DNA of 64,000 bases from an uncultured delta proteobacterium (GTDB lineage: Bacteria; Myxococcota; Myxococcia; Myxococcales; Anaeromyxobacteraceae): positions 1-64,000 of the forward strand of contig CAWFDF010000003.1 of the NCBI GenBank assembly GCA_963814585.1. Direction: 5' to 3'. How positions within the stretch are numbered: position 1 is the stretch's first letter; each line of letters opens with the position of its first letter. The notes beneath the pieces were generated by a model. That model did no database searches. It saw nothing but the letters and a program-made list of their open reading frames with translations, and was not told where the DNA came from. Made by a program: the position numbers and the translations under genes. This document shows, piece after piece, positions 9,444 through 20,009 of the stretch.

Positions 9444-10588
9444 CTACAAGTGAATGGGCGCAGTTTCGCCCCAACCGTCCACAACCGCCGCCGGCGTAAC
9501 CGCAAAGCGCACCTTTGAGAGGTGCTTTGTGAACAGATCCCACCGATTCAAGCGTCGCCGCAGTTGGCCAGCGACGATGCCCGGATGAAGTTCTAGCCGG
9601 CATGCAAATCCGAGGAGGTCTCGTTCCGAGAAGAAGGGCTTCTTCCTGGCAATGAAGGATTCCAGTTCCTTCTCTGGGACGCAGAACGCCGACGCTGCTG
9701 CGTTCGCCGCGCGCTCCTCGGGAGGAAGAGCATCCCCAGTGCCGGCCTTCTCTCCCTCCAGCTCGGCGTCGATCGTTCCTCCGTCGCGTCCGTCACGGCC
9801 AAGCACATGCTCCAGTTCGTGCCGCAGCACGAACCAGAAGTTGTCGATTCGATCGAACCTGGGTCGACATTCCGACAACCGGCTTCCGGTCGTCCAGCCA
9901 GACGCAGGCGCCATCGATCTCGGCGCTAGGAAGGCTCTCAACCAGTACGAATCGCACGCCACATTCGGACGTATCCGGGGTACGTGCCTCGCTTCCTCAG
10001 GTGCCGTCAGCAACAATCTCAACCGAGGGAGTGCCTCGCGAAGCCCCTTCTCCGAGTAGGAAGGCGTCACCATCTCTCGCGCGATATGTCGCACGCGGAA
10101 CATCCAGGCGACCTGCGCGGGCGGCGTCTCATCGTAGCTCGTCTTCTTCGCTGCATGGGCGAGGTGAGGGATTGCGTTTCGCCTTCGCCTCGAAGAACCG
10201 AGCCATTTGGGCCTCGAGTAGGTCAGCAGGACCGTCGACAAGCCAGCCCCGCTTGATCGATTTCTCGGATTGGATAGGCACTCTGAAGCTTTGCCTTCCG
10301 TGCAACGGCCGGGTCAGGAGCTCGGGCACGTGAGAGGTCGTAAGCCTTCTGGAGGTTGAGGAAGAACTCGGCAGGAACGTCGAAGGCATCGCCCAGAGCC
10401 TTGGCCATATCGGCGCTTACGCCGCGCTTGCCAGAGACGAGCAAGTTGACCGCCTGTTCCGGAACCCCAAGGACGTAAGCGAGATTGTCCGCGCTGGCTC
10501 CAGTTGCGCGCCTCGAGTTCCTCACGGATGAAGTGACCGGGCGCCGGAGCGTCGTGGACGGATTCGTCATGGCATCACCTGCATCCAT
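9444..10588 (-). CDS. higA: HigA-type XRE HTH antitoxin fused to ImmA/IrrE Zn-metallopeptidase, frameshifted
   Basis: HTH LAYVLGVPEQAVNLLVSGKRGVSADMAKALGDAF..AEFFLNLQKAYDL; RFDRIDNFWFVLRHELEH (HExxH) and EERAANAAA. Its ATG overlaps the higB TAA. Confidence 0.85.
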
Positions 10589-10888
10589 TAGTGATAGTCC
10601 TCGACCGCAAGCACTTCAATAGTTGGGGGCAAGGTCGACTCGTCCAAGACAAACACAAGTCGGAAATCTGGGCCGCTTGATCTTGATTGACCTCTGCCCG
10701 TCCCGTTTCCCCTTAAGCTTCTCGTACTTCAGGCTCTTCCAGTTTCTGAGGGTTCGCTCATCAGTAGCCGCCTCAAGTACCACAAACTTCTCACGACAAG
10801 ACTTGATGACCGCGATCGAGAGTCGAGTCCGCGCAGCTTGCTCGGTCCGAATGAGAGCGAGCCGCTCGTCGCGGAACACAATCCTCAT
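10588..10888 (-). CDS. higB: HigB/RelE-family toxin (plasmid maintenance killer protein), frameshift near 3' end
   Basis: LRNWKSLKYEKLKGKRDGQRSIKI; the alternative frame ends TIEVLAVEDYH-TAA at 10588-10590. Confidence 0.85.
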
Positions 10889-10891
10889 GGT

Positions 10892-10952
10892 CTGAACACC
10901 TACCTTGTTCGGGAGCTTGTGTCAAGCCCCGACTGAACGCCTAGCGTTCAGT
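10892..10952 (-). promoter_or_regulatory. higB promoter (TTGACA-17bp-TAGGTG) with two CTGAAC...GTTC(A/G)G inverted repeats
   Basis: Minus-strand -35 at 10920-10925 and -10 at 10897-10902. IR gaaca-cctacct-tgttc overlaps the -10; perfect-arm IR actgaacgc-cta-gcgttcagt at 10932-10952. Confidence 0.55.
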
Positions 10953-10969
10953 AGCACTGTGCATTATGG

Positions 10970-11846
10970 TCAGCCCGACTCCGACTCCGTGTCGAGCGGC
11001 CCCGTCGAGAAGATGCCGTCCAACGCTGGCGACTTCGACCAAGCCTTTCCGTTCCAGATGCCGACGTGGCGGCCCTCGGTGGAGTCGATGATGACCTTCA
11101 CGGCCCGGTCGGCGTAGTACCTGCGCAGGTAGAGTTGGGTGATTCGTGATGCGTGGCCGAGGGCCCGATACCGTTCGGTCCACTCCTGATTCTCCCCGAC
11201 CAGTATGACGGTGTACTTGCCCGACTCTGGCTTCCGGTGCGGGGGAACGTGGTCGCACTTGAGCTCAAGAAGGTTCCCGTGTTGGCGCGGGAACCACCTG
11301 TATGGCTGGTTCAGGATTGCTTCGGCTTCGACTTCCATCCAGGCAATCGAGAACCTCTTCGCCTTCGGTTCGCCTACCTGTGGGTGACGTAGACCTCGAC
11401 GGCCGCGACCGGACTTCCGGCTTCGTCCACAAGCGACACATCCGGCCTTATGTCCCCGTGCTGCATCTCAACCACAGCTCCGCGCACGGTCTTGGGCAGC
11501 GCCTGGAATCGCTCCTTCGAGCACAGCGAACACTTCCGCTGGATTCATGGCGTTGGGCCCCCTTGGACCCAACCGGCTACAACGTTTGCGATGAGGTACT
11601 TCGCGGCCCAGTGTAGCGTCGTTTCAACGTGGCAACTGGCTCCGGCGCGGTGTGCGAAGTGGCGGGTCCTTTTCGGCCCTGCCTTGACGAGAAGCGCAAC
11701 TGCGCACACAGGGTTGGGACATTTGTACTCCGAGCCGCGTTGTGCAGCGGCGGCGGCTACTACCTGTCCACTACAGTCGAGAGCCCAGGGGATTAGAATC
11801 TCGCCACTCCTACGGCGATGAGTTCCTTGTCGCCGGACGAGCTCAT
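10970..11846 (-). CDS. CoiA-like Zn-finger + PD-(D/E)XK nuclease, frameshifted
   Basis: Manual translation: LIPWALDCSGQVV..EYKCPNPVC..LLVKAG..RTRHFAH..C..ETTLHWAAKYLI, then IRPDVSL..VAAVEVYVTH, joining ORF 10970..11338. Confidence 0.6.
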
Positions 11847-12177
11847 CGCTAACTCCCTGTTGGAAGACTGACCCTTGTCGAGTTCGGATGGCCGACTTGC
11901 CACGCTGATTCTACTGGAGGCTCCGGACAGACGGCCTGACCTTGCCGGACGCCGCGGCGGGAGCCGCTTCCCGATGAGGTCTGGTGGCGCCCGTCCATCG
12001 CAAGGGCGACACGTTAGAGCAGTACGTAATGTCGCAGGGGCAGCCGCCGCAGAAACTCTCGCGGCACGTAGGGACGCGGGTGGCCTACACCCAATGGCCA
12101 TGAGCCGTGCCTATCTGGCGTCGGCCTTGCGGGATACCTCACAAGATGTGCCGCAGGCTTGATCGCGCTAAGGCAGG

Positions 12178-13059
12178 TCAATTGCCTTCCGTCAGTTTCT
12201 GGCCCCACATCTCGTCAAAGCGCCTCAACGTGGCGTCTAAATTGAAGGTTGGAGCGCCTTGCCGCAAGACGGGGAGGGAAGGTCCTGCCCCAGGGACGCA
12301 TTCAGCTTAGATCGGCGTTCAGGCGTGAGCCCGAAGGAAGGACTCTGCTGGCGAATCGGTGGCGCGTCTAGTTCCGGCGAGCTTGGGCATCGACCAGTAC
12401 GCGAAATGTCTGCGACGTGAAGTCGCGGCGCCGGCGTCGGCCAGTCGGTCCAGGTCGTAGAAGTCTCTAATGGCTTCTCTTGTGAACGCCTGACCTTTTC
12501 TGCGCGTGCCTCATCGGCGCTGAGAGCGTAACACTGTGCTTCGCCATAGTTGCCCAGGAGCGGATCCTGCACGAGCTGTCCCAGCCTGACCTGCCTGGCC
12601 TCCTGTAGCAGCGGGCGAATGGTCGCCTCCACCTTGAGTGATTGTGGCCCGAACGCCGACACGTAGTCGAGATGCCACAACACGTGAGTGTGGCGATCGA
12701 ATGCTTGGCCTCCGGGGAGCCTGAGGCTTGCGGGGATGGCGCCTTGAATCTCAATCAGGGCCGTGCGAAGCGGCCTTATCCTGTTCACATTCGCGATCGA
12801 GCGCCGGTTCGGTTCGCCAAGGTATTACAAGATCGGCGTCCTCGGACATCCGGAAGAAGCCAAGGTCGACCTTGCTGAGTAGGGTTCCTCCCTTAAGCAG
12901 GAGTTGAGCCCCTAGTCGCGCTCCAAGGAGGACCAACAACCTAGTGAGGTAGAAATCCTTCTCCACCAGTTGAGGCTGGACCCCGCTCGCGCCAGCGGCC
13001 TCCTTGCACAGGTCAGCCAGAATTGCGGGATCAGGGGGAGGCGGAAGAGTCCAGGCCAA
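12178..13059 (-). CDS. abiEii: AbiEii-family nucleotidyltransferase toxin (type IV TA), frameshifted
   Basis: LVEKDFYLTRLL, LLKGGTLLSK, RMSEDADL, LKVEA, EARAEK. Confidence 0.85.
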
Positions 13060-13871
13060 CGTCGTTCTCCACGATCATCCATCTTCTATTGATACGTCCC
13101 TTCCGGGACCCTGCGGCCATTGAGAAGCAGGGACCGGCTGCCGGACACTCTTCCGTGAAGCCGCCTCAACATGGATTCCTTTTGGTGCATTCGTTCGAGG
13201 AGGAGACCAAGGCGCTGGCACGTACGTGTGGGCGAACCGCGCACTGCGTAGTCGACAACCTTGTTGGGGTCTACATGTTCCATTGCGATTCTGAATAGAT
13301 CCATTGCGCGGACTATCCCGCCCACCATTCTGGGATGATCCAGTACGTCTAGCGCCGTCCGCTGGGGTCACTTGTTCGAACGACCATGCCCTCCATCTTT
13401 GTTTCTGACACGCCGTATTCCATCAGCTTTGGCTTCAGCACATGGAAGATCACCCTGGCTCCCGCAATTCTTCGACCTGGGTGGGGCTTCAAAGACAAAC
13501 GCGTCAAGCAGCGACACGTGTTGCTGATCAGAGAACCCATGCAGCGTGAAAGCCCAGAGCCCTCCCAGGAAATACGGCTCTGCATGAAGCAGCGCGGCCA
13601 GCACGGCAGGAGACGAAGAGGCCGTGGGTCGAAGCAGGGAACGGAATGGGCGGTAAATCACGTAGATTCCCCTTCGGAGCCGCTCGAGCGCGCCTTTTCT
13701 CACCAGCCCGCTGGCTACATCTCGTGCCGCGCTCTTACCTACCGCCCCAGCGATCTGCTTTATCGTGACGTAGGTTCGGCGTTCGCGTTCCCACTCAGCG
13801 AGAACAGCCACCTCGCGACGCGAGAGTGCCTCGCCGTAGATACGACCGCTGTTAGTAGAGGATGTCACCAC
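13031..13871 (-). CDS. abiEi: AbiEi-family antitoxin (wHTH + CTD), frameshifted; overlaps abiEii start
   Basis: LVRKGALERLRRGIY, PYFLGGLWAFTLHGFSDQ, VRTSDP, HPRMVGG, CQRLGLLLE. Confidence 0.8.
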
Positions 13872-13989
13872 GATCGAGAGTCTAAGGTCTACTTGCCTAC
13901 GCACTCCAGCGTATTCGGAGACACCGAATGCCGGAAATGAGTCTGCAAAAAGCCTGTATGTACAAGGGAATAGGTCGCCAGTCACCACG

Positions 13990-14019
13990 TAGTCGTCAGG
14001 TATATATACCTGACGACTA
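13990..14019. promoter_or_regulatory. 30-bp perfect palindrome
   Basis: tagtcgtcaggtatatatacctgacgacta equals its own reverse complement. Confidence 0.9.
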
Positions 14020-14037
14020 GGTCACTCAGCATCTTAA

Positions 14038-14083
14038 CAGCCACTCGGCACCGAGGTATATATACCTCGGTGCCGAGTGGCTG
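14038..14083. promoter_or_regulatory. 46-bp perfect palindrome (2 x 23 bp) sharing core AGGTATATATACCT with the 30-bp one
   Basis: cagccactcggcaccgaggtata|tatacctcggtgccgagtggctg; ends 2 bp before ATG 14086. Confidence 0.9.
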
Positions 14084-14085
14084 GA

Positions 14086-14964
14086 ATGGCTCGAAGAAGG
14101 ACATCCGCGCAGATTGGAAGCGAGATCGCTGAGGTTCTGCGGTCGAGCCTGCCCACGATCGCGACCGCGACTGACCTCAAAGAGGCCTTCGCAACCCATC
14201 GCACCAAGCGGGATCTCCCGCGCCTCGATGCGGTTCAAGGGATTCCTTGAACAACTGCTGCTCCGCACTCCGCTCAGGGAGGTCGATGCCCGACTTCCTC
14301 CCAGTACCGCTCAATCACAAGGTACAGTTACGGGCCTCCCGATCCGTATGTCCTTGCGACGGCACTACGAACAGGCGCCTATCTTTCGCACGGCACCGCT
14401 CTCCAGCTCCAAGACCTAGCGGCGGACTCAACAACCATCTACGTAAACAAAGAGCAGAGCGCCAAGCCTCCATCCGACTCCACGCTGACACAGGCCAGCA
14501 TAACGCGAGCATTCGCAAACAAGGCTAGGCTCTCCAACTACATCTTCACTTGGGACAGGTACACTTTTGTATTGCTGTCCGGAAGGGCATACTGACTGCA
14601 GGTTACTACTTCGGTTTCGCCGGATGGCCACGGCGTCCCAGTTACAGATGTCGGCCGCGCCCTTTATCGATGCAGCGGTCAGGCCGGCGTACTGTGGTGG
14701 CGTCCAGGCTGTGGCAGACGCATACCGTCGAGCTAGGCCGCGAGTCTTGCAGCGTCGCTCTTTAGAACCCTGACGAAATTACAGTATCTGTATCCGTACC
14801 ATCAGGCCGTTGGCTTCTACATGCAGTTCGCGGGATTCGACACGACGTCTCTCAAGGTGATGCGCGCGCCGGGCATTCACTTCGACTTCTTTCTTGAAAA
14901 CAGAATCAGCGCATCGAAGTACAGCCGCGAGTGGAAGATCTACTACCCCTCTACGCTACGTTGA
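14086..14964 (+). CDS. Solo AbiEi-like protein, heavily frameshifted
   Basis: Manual translation: YLSHGTAL..TIYVNKEQSAKP..RAFANKARLSNY, IDAAVRPAYCGGVQAV..AY, YLYPYHQAVGFYM..FDFFL..YSREWKIYYP-stop. Confidence 0.6.
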
Positions 14965-15193
14965 CGCCGGCCGCTCTTCCTGGCGTCTTGTGCCCTGGCG
15001 GCCTGGCAACGACCGCTTGACCAGAGACGATCGTTGGTAATGGTGTCGTTCCGAGCGATCGTTCGTCCTCCGGCTCAGGCGAAGTGCTGCGCCCCGAGCA
15101 GGCAAGCGGGCCGGGCAGGACCCTCTTGGTCGCAGTACTGTCCTGAGTGGTCCGCTATATGGCATCCTGTTGACTGTCGCCCAGATGTGTGGG

Positions 15194-15367
15194 CTTGCTA
15201 TTCTGTTGCTATTCCTGGAGGGGAACCGAGGGGCATGGTGGGGAATGGAGGGGCATCGGCGACCGCTTCCTTTTCGCTGGCACGACGGTGTTTCCGGAGA
15301 TTGCAGCGTGACGTCGCCAGGATAGGTTATTCACTATTGGTCAATTCGAGTCCCCTACACCCCGCTT
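15194..15367 (+). mobile_element. Island right-end/att region copy 1 (arm-like TTGCTATTC repeats + tRNA-3'-end-like core TTCGAGTCCCCTACACCCCGC)
   Basis: 174-bp sequence repeated in diverged form at 24830-25003; core at 15345-15365; another partial core at 15416-15434. Confidence 0.65.
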
Positions 15368-15371
15368 TGAG

Positions 15372-15402
15372 CCCCGCACATTCATGGATTTGCGGGGTTT
15401 TT
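15372..15402 (+). terminator. Rho-independent terminator after att core 1
   Basis: ccccgca...tgcgggg hairpin followed by ttttt. Confidence 0.7.
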
Positions 15403-15702
15403 GTGCTCTTGGCAAGTTCGGTCCCCTACACCCCCAGGCGCGCAACCGGCTGAGTTCATGCCGTTTCTTGCGTCTCGAGGCCCGGTCCCGTGTACTTCCG
15501 GCCATCGAGTGGCTATTCCTGAAAGGCTCCGCGGGGATCTCTTTGGATGGCGCTGGGCCCGGTGCGCCCTGGCGCCTCCATCCCGAACCAGGCGATCGGA
15601 TCCTTGACTAAGCCCTGTCGCTAGTAAAGGATGCGTTACTAGTCGTCGGACGCGAGTCACCCCGGCGTTACCAGTTGCTCAGCTCCCATCCTGGGACCCA
15701 TC

Positions 15703-16925
15703 ATGGCCAATCGCATCACGGGCCGATACGAGCATGCCGTCGCCGGAGGCGAACCGGTGGATGCGTTCATCCCGGCTCCGCTTCCTCCGCATGAACCACC
15801 TCTAGCCATCGCTGGCAGGTTGGCCGACCGACTCGGTCTCGCCGAGCACGCGCTCGCCCGCCTCGATCTCGCGAGCGAGATGGTCCCCTCCGTCGACTGG
15901 TTCCTCTACGCCTTCGTCCGCAAGGAAGCGGTCCTCTCCTCGCAGATCGAGGGTACCCAGGCTTCGCTGGTCGACCTGTTGAACTTCGAGGCCGCCGAGG
16001 GCGTCTCCCCCAGCGCCGACGTGGAGGAGGTCTGCAACTACCTGGACGCGGTCGCCTACGCCGGGGCCAGCTGGCCGCGCCCAGGGGGCTTCCCATCTCG
16101 ACGCGGCTCCTGGCAGAGACCCACCGGCGGCTCATGCGCGGCGTTCGCGGTGGCGACAAGGCTCCCGGACAGGTCCGGAGGGCGCAGAACTGGATTGGGG
16201 GCAGCCGCCCCGCCAATGCGGTCTTCGTCCCGCCCCCACCACGAGCCCTGACTGGGCTTCTCACGTCCTTCGAGCGCTACATCCATGCCGAAGACGACCT
16301 CCCGAAGCTGGTCCGCGCAGGGCTCCTCCACGTCCAGTTCGAGACCATCCACCCGTTCCTCGATGGAAACGGACGGCTTGGCCGGCTCCTGATTGGCTTG
16401 CTCCTGGAGCACTGGCAGCTCCTTGGCCAGCCGCTCCTCTACCTCAGCCTCTTCTTCAAACGGCACCGGGCGGAGTACTACCGCCGGCTGAACGCCGTGC
16501 GCGTCGAGGGCGACTGGGAGGGCTGGCTCGACTTCTTCCTCGATGGCGTGGCGACCATCTCCGACGAGGCCGTCACCACGGCCCGGGATCTGTTCAGCCT
16601 GGTGGCGGCCGATCGCAGCAAGGTGCTGGCGAGGGAGAAGGCCTCGGTCGCCGCCGTCCGCCTCTTCGAGTTGCTGCCGAGCCACCCGATCGTGACGGCC
16701 GGAACCGTCCAGCGGCTCCTCGGCACCACCAAGCCCACCGCCGGGCGCGCCCTGGAAGCGCTGGTCGGGGCTGGCATCCTCTCCGAGACGACCGGGAAGC
16801 GGCGCGACCGCGCCTACTCCTACGAGGCCTACCTCGACCTGCTCCGCGACGGCACGGACCTGGACCTGAGAGCGACCCGGCCACAGGTGACCCGCTCGCG
16901 ACGGCGCCCACCGAGGCACGAGTAG
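15703..16925 (+). CDS. fic: Fic family protein (N-terminal domain + Fic + C-terminal HTH), frameshifted near 16060-16100
   Basis: KEAVLSSQIEGTQ and canonical HPFLDGNGRLGR; C-terminal LSETTGKRRDRAYSYEAYL. Confidence 0.9.
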
Positions 16926-17267
16926 TCCATCGGGTCATCGTCGACATCCCGGCACCAGGGAAGCAAGGCTGGTTCTTGTGGCCCCCGCTCATCGCCGCGT
17001 CGCGGGCGGCCCCGCTCCACCGTCCTGAAGCCCACGAAGGCCTCCAGTATCGGGTCGCCTGAGTACCGCGTCAGGAGCCTGACCTGGCCTCTTGCCAGGC
17101 TCGAGATCGGCGACGGGTCTGTCACCCGGCTGGCCCACCCGTCGGAACTCGGCCATGGCTCCACCTTTTCCATTCCTTCTACCTGCGCGAAGGATGGGTT
17201 GGCGCTTGCGTTTGAACGAGGATGTCCTGGCAAGGCGCCAGCCCTGTCGTCGAGTAGGCTCCTGGGT

Positions 17268-18066
17268 GTGCGCGCCATCCTCGGTATCGACGCCGCCTGG
17301 ACCTCCTCCGCCGGAAGCGGCGTCGCTCTGGCCACGGAGAGTGCTGGCCGCTGGCGCTGCGTTGGGCTCGCGCCCACCTTCGCCGAGTTCGAAGCGCTCG
17401 CCGGCGGCCGACTCGTCGACTGGGACGAGCGGCCGACATCTGTGGGCAGGCTCGACGCGGCCCGCCTGGTGACCGCAGCCCGCGCTCTCGCTCCGCGCCT
17501 CGAGCTCGCCGTGATCGCTGTGGACATGCCCCTGTCCCGCCGGCCCATCACCGGTCGGCGACCCGGCGACGACGAGGTCTCCCGCGTGTTTGGCGGGCGC
17601 GGCTGCGGCACCCAGTACGCCGTCGGCCCAGCGCCCGGGGCCGATGGCGGCGGCTCTTCGCGACGGCTTTTCCGCCTTGGGGGTTCCCCTGCGCACCAAT
17701 GACGGCGCCGGGCCGGTCACCCCGGCGCTGCTCGAGGTGTACCCGCACACCGCGCTCCTGGCGCTGATCGGGGCGAGCTACCGAGTCGAGTACAAGGCGT
17801 CCAGGACCCGCACCTACTGGCCTGAGGCGCCGCTCCAGGTTCGCCAGCAGAAGCTCGCCGAGGTCTGGCGCCGGGTGCTCTCCGGGCTCGAGGCCCACCT
17901 GGAGACGGGACTTATCCTGCCAGGCCCGCGCCCCTTCGCGCGCTTGAAGCGCTACGAGGACGCGCTCGACGCGCTCATCTGCGCCTGGGTGGGAATCGAG
18001 TACCTGGCTGGCCGGACGAGGGCGTTCGGGGACGCGGACTCGTCCATCTGGACGCCGGGAACGTAG
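17268..18066 (+). CDS. DUF429 family predicted RNase H-like nuclease, frameshift near 17615
   Basis: ILGIDAAW, VIAVDMPL, LLEVYPH, EDALDALICAWVG. Confidence 0.8.
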
Positions 18067-18132
18067 CCAGGAGCTGGAGAGGTTGCCCACGGTACGGACA
18101 GACTGCCGGAGGCAGGCCCTCTGGTTGGCTGG

Positions 18133-19451
18133 TCAGGGGCCCGGCGCAACCCGAGCCGCCAGCCCCTCGATGGCACGCAGCGCGCCCACGGCGAAGTCGC
18201 GCACGGCTGGCTCGAGCGCCTCGTTGGCCTGCACCGCCTGCCAGTACCGCGTGGCCCACGTCGCGGCATTGGGCCAGACGTCGAGGTTGGTCGCGCTCGG
18301 GGGCGACAGCGTCAGCGACCGCGCTGGGATCTCTTCTCGGCCGGGGCCAGGATCATGGGCAGCGTGTCATAGGCCGGTGCGAGCCGGAGGGCGCCTGCCT
18401 CGTCCACCAGGAATGCGACGTTACCGAAGTGGCGATCGGTGTTGCCGATGAGGTGGCCAAAGACATCCAGCCACCGCAGGTGCCTGGCGTCGGCCTCGGG
18501 CAGCAGGAATGGGCGCCGGCGGAGCGGCGCCGCTGCGGACGACCAGGTGTCGATGTTGCCGAGGTCCTGGTTGGCCAGCGCCAGGAGCGACAGCGCGGCG
18601 CGCCGCCCACGCGCGCCCACCCGGTCGAAGCGCTCCACCTCCAGGAAGCGCCAGCCCGAGACGTCGAGGCACCGGGCCGGGGCCGCGCCGACGCGGGCCT
18701 CACCGAGCGTCTCGAGCGCCTTCCACTCGCACCAGAGCAGATCGCGCCAGCGACGCGCCGCGGGCGTGGCCGCGTCCGAGGCGAACTTGACGAGGACGTG
18801 CCTTCCGCCGCTGAGGGCACCGAACTTTGGCCGTTCCCCGCCCGCCGAGGAGCCGACCTCGCCGGCAGCCGCCCGCTGGGCGAGGACGGGGTACTGCTCC
18901 GGGCTCACCTCCTCGGGGTGGTGGGCCAGGAAGCGCTGGAGCGATTCCTCGCCGAGGATCAGGTCGCCGACGCAGTCCTCGCCGCGTCGAGCCAGGGCGA
19001 TGACGCAGTGGTCGGTGGACCAGTCGTCCACCCTGAGCGGGAGCCGCAGCTCCGCCGCGTGGCGCTGCGCGAAGGCCAGGCCCAGGAAGCCCTGGGGCGT
19101 CATGTCGGTGAGCGCGGGCGGTATCCCCTCGAAGACGCGGCTCAGCTCGGGCGACTCCCGCTCCCACCAGGTCCGGCGACCCCACAAGAAGTGCAGACGA
19201 CCGCGCGGGACGACGGCGCCGCGCCCGTCCACCTGGACCACCGGCACCTGGCGGCCGAGCCCCTCGACGGCGCGCGTGCGGGCGTACTGCGTCGCCCGGG
19301 TGCGCCCGATTCGAACGACGTCCTCCCCCGCCGAATCGACCAGCCGCCCGAGGGTCTGCGATGAGACGCCGAGTCTCGAGCGGATCTGAGCTGCGGGGGC
19401 GATCCCGGCGATGCCCAGTTGCTGCAGGAGGTCAGCGATCGAGGCGGCCAC
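18133..19451 (-). CDS. yjjJ: HipA-family kinase toxin, YjjJ type (N-terminal HTH), frameshift near 18335
   Basis: SSAGGERPKF, VLVKF, LEVERFDR, LIGNTDRHFGN, LRLAPAYDTLPM; alternative frame ends at TGA 18133. Confidence 0.85.
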
Positions 19452-19785
19452 GTGGAATGAAATAGCATGCGTATGTAGCAGTTACAAGCATCTGCCATAC
19501 TTATGATTTATGCATCACCGTGTCGGCATCACTGGAACGAAACATGGAACGTGTCAGTAGCTGCCTATGAGACCTGCTGGAGGGGGCCCGACCTGCTTGG
19601 CGTGGGTGGCGGGAGCCCCTGACTGGCGGCTGAAAGTCCAGACGTTTGGACTGGCGCCGGGCCCTCATCGGCCGCGAGCACAAGTCCGCAGGCCCATCCT
19701 CACTCGGGGTACCAAGAGAGAGCGGCGGGCGATCCTGGAGAACACCCGCCGCGGTTCGGCTTGTCGTCGGGTAGGAGCTCGGCGG

Positions 19786-19900
19786 ATGCCAACAACCCCG
19801 AGATCGTACGCGAGGAGATCGATGAGGGAACTGGCCGTGAGGAGGTTGGCGGGGCTGCTCCGGGCGAGGCTGGCGGAGGTGGACCTGGAGGAGGTGCCCG
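19786..19900 (+). pseudogene. Possible transposase N-terminal remnant
   Basis: MPTTPRSYARRSMRELAVRRLAGLLRARLAEVDLEEVP resembles, from memory, N-termini of myxobacterial DDE transposases; the similarity stops abruptly. Confidence 0.35.
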
Positions 19901-20009
19901 AGGAGCTTTACGCGAAATGCGATTCACACGGAGATTGGGACTTGACCCGCGAGCCGGCATGTCCGTCCCCCCGGGATACTGGGTGCACACGCACACGGGA
20001 GGGGACCGG

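Noticed and set aside
15300..15367. Complete tRNA gene
   Set aside because: Only a T-loop/acceptor 3' portion is present; no matching 5' acceptor strand, D arm or anticodon arm.
16925..17200. Gene between fic and DUF429
   Set aside because: No frame gives a recognisable motif; left unannotated.
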